The notes beneath the pieces are model-generated. The model saw nothing but the letters and a program-made list of their open reading frames with translations. It ran no database searches and was not told where the DNA came from. From Phyllosticta citribraziliensis (Eukaryota): a stretch of DNA of 64,000 bases. The translations under genes were made by a program, and so were the position numbers. Shown here piece after piece: positions 59,210 to 64,000 of this stretch (within the stretch, counting starts at the first letter, position 1; each line of letters starts with the position of its first letter). The stretch is taken from NCBI RefSeq assembly GCF_038025025.1, contig NW_027117346.1:868001-932000 (forward strand). The letters are read 5' to 3'.

Positions 59210-61619
59210 ATGTCCCACGAAGAAGACACCCCGAAGCCGCTGCAGTCCTCCAAATCGTGGTCTCGCTACGACTCAACCCCACAAGGTCACCATCGCGGCC
59301 GCGCAAGCACCGTCGGGGCCACCATTCCCGAGATCCTGCACCCCAAGGCCTTTGCCGTTTCCCCCAAGAGCGACACCGGATCCGAGGGTGCCGACGTCTT
59401 TACCACTCAGAGTGATGATGGGGAGCATTCACGCGACGACCCTGACGACACGCTCAAATTCCCCCAGACGTTCGAGGAGCTGCCCATTGAGATTAGGAGC
59501 CAAGCCGAGAGGTGCGAATTAGCCGCTGCCCGTGATTATCTTTTCCAGCTGACAGTAAAAGCTTCCTCGAATCGCTCTCCGCCCGCGTCCACCCGACTCC
59601 AATCGCCATCAACGCCCTCGCCGAGCTCTTTCAAGACTTCTACGTTCGCGCATACTCCTCGATAGACACACACATAGCTGCTCTGTCCACTAGAATATCA
59701 CGTCATGGCTCAACAACATCGCTCTCTTCCAAAATCTCGCGGAAGGCCGGTCCTGAGCAGCAGATGCTGACCCCAACGGAGATTGCAGACCGGAGAAAAG
59801 CGCGGAAGCTGCTTGAGCTCAAGCGCACTGCTCTGGAGGAAGCTGTCGAAAGAGCAGTCTGTGAAAAGGTTGGAACTGCAACATTGCTCAGTTGTAGCCC
59901 CTGTATCATGCGTTGCTAAATATAGCTCAGGTTTACTCTAGGATATGGCGACATCGAAGCACCGAAGATGGGGAGCGGGATGAGAAGCTCCGCTCCAGAA
60001 CAGCTGCGCTTTCGGTTGTTGGCATCGGCTTGAAAGAGCTGCTCGGTCATGGGTCGGATATTACACCAGAAATGCGCAAGTCTTTGGAAGAGAAGGAGGA
60101 AAAACTACCTCAGATGTTGTCCGACGCAAGACGGGATATCGAAAGGATGAACAACGAAGAGTACCCACTCGGCAAGCTTACGCACCTTGTAGCGGCTCAC
60201 AAGAGCATCGTGGAAGCGCTGTCCCAAATATTCCCAACTTCGTCCTCGGCCGATGAGATTCTCCCTACCCTCATTTATACCCTCATTACTTCGTCGCCGG
60301 AGAATCTCTGCGCGATCAGCAACCTACACTTCATCAAGAGATTCAGAGCCGTGGGAAAGGTCGACGGCGAAGCAGCATACTGCTTGGTCAATTTAGAGGC
60401 ATCCATAACCTTTCTGGAGAACGTGGATCTCTCCACGCTTCGCGCAGACGAACTTCCCTCTGGGCCTGGGAAGTCCAAGAGCAGACCAACGACTCCACGC
60501 TCAGAGGCACCCCCAATGAATCTTGGAATAACTCCGGCAAAAGCGAACCTCGACCCTGAGGACGCTGCGTTTGACAGAGGCGCATCGGACGGAGACCGTA
60601 TGTCCCAGCTTGACAGGTCACAGCGGCGCATCTCCCATCTCATCCAGTCCCAAACAAATCGTATCGAAAATGTCAGTGAGGCCGCCCGGCAGGCTGTCCT
60701 CGACAGCGCCGACCAAGCCTTTGACAGCATCAACGCAACAGTTGAAAACAGTTTGAAATTTCTCTTTGGCCGTCTCAAAGAGCAACAAGCTGGTGGACCT
60801 GCTTCTGCACTCGCGCAACCCAAAACGCTGGAAGATGTGCGCAAGCTGGTCAGTACGCCACCGCCCATTACAGACGACAACGCGTCTGCAACAAGCAGCA
60901 TCACAGAGGAAGGCAGCGAGCCATTAAACTCTCGGCCTTTTGATCCCAAGGTCACAGACCTATTTGGAGGTCGGCGCCGCGGCACGTCGACGCGTGAACG
61001 CTCCTCCGACAGCGCCATGTCGGGCGGCAGCGGCAGTAACAGGCGTTTGGCGTTCACCCCGGCAGACACATCGAACCCCCTGTCAGGTACCCCACCGTTG
61101 GCCCCCGACTCCAGTCTCAACAACCCCAACAATGGAGAGGGGCTCAGCCCAGCAGCAGCTGCTCCGACGCCGGCCCCTCCTGTCTCTCCGGGCGCGTCGG
61201 CCGTTGAGTCGATGCGTAATCTAGGCAACAGCCTCAACCCATTGCGCGGCTTTGGTGGCATCAACATGCTTCCGCGGTTTGGACGTAGCGTCACAACCCC
61301 AATATCACCGTCACCTTCCCTTGCCACCGCGGCACCTACTTCCACCGCTTCTACTAATAATGCGACTGGCGGCGCTGACGCTACTGCTCCAATCAGCTCT
61401 GACACCGCTATTGGTGGCCCAATCGGAGGCACCCCAAATAATGCGAAAAAAGATAAAGCCCTCCGCAACATTGAAGAGTTGAGCAAGACGCCGCCGCCTA
61501 AACGCAAGTTTATCGATTGCAAAGATGCGCGAGACTTGAAAATTGGAGAAGTTGATGATTTACTAAAAGAGTACCAGCGTCTTGCTGACTTGTTGAGGGG
61601 AGTGGTTCGGCTGTCGTAG
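59210..61619 (+). CDS. VPS9-domain Rab5 guanine-nucleotide exchange factor (Muk1-like); 3 exons
   Basis: VPS9 motifs PLGKL, SADEILPTLIYTLI, SNLHFIKRFR and GEAAYCLVNLEASITFLE. Introns at 59512-59561 and 59869-59931. Confidence 0.9.
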
Positions 61620-64000
61620 ATATTGCATGAGTGCGGTTGTGGTAGAGAATGATCGCTCCCTAAGTGCAAGTGCAACAGGTCGCAGCTCTCAAAGAGACAC
61701 TTTGCGGCTGGCAGATGACGTGGGTAGTTGTGACATTCCTATTCGTTCTTGTTCTCTTTTATCTCCTTTACTCCTTCCTTACCTTCTTCGGCGTCTTGGA
61801 ATCGTTCTCAGGCTGCATAATCCGGCGTTGTTTTCTCCGTCTATTCTTTCTGCTTCTTAGCTCCTCATACGCTTTGTCGACTGTTCAATTTGGATGTAGA
61901 GATTCGCGGGCGGGTTTCTATGCTTGTGTTCTTCTGCATCGCACCGGTAGTTAATAGAGGCTCTGAGACTATAAATGAAATTGGCAGGTGGATTTCTTTC
62001 TTGACCTTGTAGTATGATCTACCTCTGGAGAGCAGTGAGTGTCTGGGACCAAGGGAGCAAAACTTCTTTCGTGATGTTTGGAGTTGGAACTGATATTTGC
62101 GAAATCTTGCCTAAGGCTGTAAGGCAGGTGTTCTGTGCACCAAGGTAGGCATTATACTCCGGAGTTCTGAAGTCCTTGTTATCACGTTCTTGTCATCACA
62201 TCTCCCCGGACCTCGCACATCCGATGCACGCGCGCGGATCTGACGAGATCGTCACGTCTCGCTCGTTCGCGATGCGAAGTCAAAGTACAGCGTGAGGTAC
62301 TGAGGCACAAAATGACTACGTCACTGAGACAATGCGAAACGTGAGGCACAGAGGTACTCCACCTCCGCCCTACCCGCTCGCCATGGTTGAAATTCCATCT
62401 CATCTCATTCCATCCCATCTCGTAGTCGGACCGCCCGTGACGACAAATATCGCATCTCGTACTCCGCATTTTCGCCACCACCACCACAACAACTCCCAAC
62501 ACCAGCGGCATACGAACACGAATTTCCTGGCCAGAGCTGCTCGGCGTGCGTGCTCGGATCGAGCGCCCACAGACTCACCTACTTCAGTTCCACGACACGG
62601 CCAAGCGCTTCCCCTTCTCTCCTGAGATCTCCGTGGCTCTCCGTCCTTCCACTGCCTGGCATCGCGAAACAAAGACGATCTGAAAAGCCACACCCGCAGA
62701 CTTACTCAGTGCTTACTCGAATGCATAGCAAACCGGGAAACACGAGCAGCCCCATTCAGCCAGCCGCAACCGCACGAATAGACGGGAGCTCCGCGCAGAT
62801 CAAGGGAACGGATGTGCGCGCGACGGTACGTGCGTGCGTATACCTGCCTGCCTTAGTGAGCCAGTGGAATAATGCAGGGAGCACGGCAATCCCGCCGCCG
62901 CATCCGGACGATCCGGGGACGCAATCTGCCTGAGGCTGAAGGTCGGCGCGGAGGCTCGGTTCCGACGGCTCTTGTTCTCTCCTTTGAAATCCAAAGACCC
63001 AAGTGATCATCAGCCTTGAACTCGGCGGCGCGAGAGTGGGGTTGGGAAATGATGTGATGGTGGAGGTCTTGGGATGTTGGCGTTTGGTGGTGGCGACGTG
63101 ATGGGACGAGCGGGCACTGCTGGGGAGCGTCAGTGGCTGGCGCAAACGCGTAGACGCGTGTATCAGCCGCGAGGCTTGTTATCTGCGATTCCAATGACTG
63201 CAGATGAATAAGAGAAGAGGTTGGAGATGTGGCGCCGCAGCTGTTGGTCGTGCGTGCTTAGACATTGCTCATTCAAGACGGAGCTGGGCAAAGCGGGGGC
63301 GACATAAACAAAGACATTCAGCTAGAATTGGTCCTCGGTACTCATAGGAACGTCGCCAGTTGACACTGCCCAGGCTCGGAAGGGCTTTCCGCAGGTACGT
63401 GCGTGCGGTCCTTGGGATGATAGAGTTTAGGTTTGGAGGGCTCCCGTCAAAGGGGCTGGTAATCATTGTCGCGACGCGCTCAGTGCGTTGCCCGCGTTCC
63501 GCGCGCACTGGGAAAGGCTTGTCGCTGCTATGCTTACGCAAAGAGGGCCTTATTACCCTATGCTTAAGGCACAGGGCACCGATTCTTGGATAAGCATAAC
63601 CAAAGCCCGAAGATTCACATTCTCTTGGATCATTTATGCGCGCAGATGGCGTTCTCTCCGGTGCCAGGTCAAACATCCACGGCCTTGATCTGTGGGGATA
63701 AACGCCTTTCTCCTTGTCGTTGCGATGGCGTACGCGATTCTCCGCCGCAGACCCTGGGAATAGACGGCTTGGTGTTGAGTCTTCAGCCTCTTCATTGGAC
63801 GCGATCCGCAGAAACGCACGATTGTATGTTAAGAGTCCTGTAACAAGTTCGGAATGGCGGAGAGCCAAAGCTGTGAATGGGCGAAGTCATGAAACAGCAA
63901 ATAGTCGAAACACATTGAACTCAAACATCGCCGCCGACATCACCTCTTGCTCTCCGCCCTGCTGTGTCAGCGATGGTCTAGGCTAACACCTGCCAAAATT

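Noticed and set aside
63269..63868. 199-aa minus-strand ORF near the right edge
   Set aside because: No ATG start and no motif. It could be an exon of a gene starting outside the window, but nothing supports that.
1..64000. Transposons, RIP-degraded repeats, tRNA/rRNA, TPP riboswitch, and stop-codon readthrough (TGA-CTA) or cryptic PTS1
   Set aside because: I saw no transposase or RT motifs, terminal repeats, AT-rich blocks, tRNA cloverleaf or riboswitch core. None of the annotated stop codons has a readthrough context.

Overview
Eukaryotic, intron-containing DNA from a filamentous ascomycete (Pezizomycotina). This is inferred from short GT..CTRAC..YAG introns and the gene content. About 17 protein-coding genes can be supported: a Ser-rich membrane protein, an M43 metalloprotease, a CDC50/LEM3 flippase subunit, a low-complexity hypothetical, a SWIRM/Fun19 protein, IWS1/SPN1, TOM5, NUP57/NUP54, the complex I 20.8-kDa subunit (NDUFA8), an AA9 LPMO, a Puf4-type Pumilio protein, SF3B2/CUS1, an Arg/Ser/Pro-rich protein, TRM1, a hypothetical membrane protein, a type-B carboxylesterase, ATG15 and a VPS9-domain GEF. 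A probable partial gene sits at the left edge. I could not support any transposon, rRNA, tRNA or CRISPR, and there is no clear novel multi-gene system. The most notable signals are regulatory or isoform-level. TRM1 has an ATG-less, TTG-initiated mitochondrial-presequence-like extension. The Pumilio gene has a 21-nt microexon, an alternative intronic start and a Puf4 element in its own 3' UTR. A double-GATA palindrome lies between divergent ATG15 and VPS9. ATG15 has Cys/Trp repeats in its tail, CDC50 has a GC-AG intron, and the AA9 has a His-containing tail motif. All gene models were read by eye, and family assignments rest on recalled motifs, not database searches.
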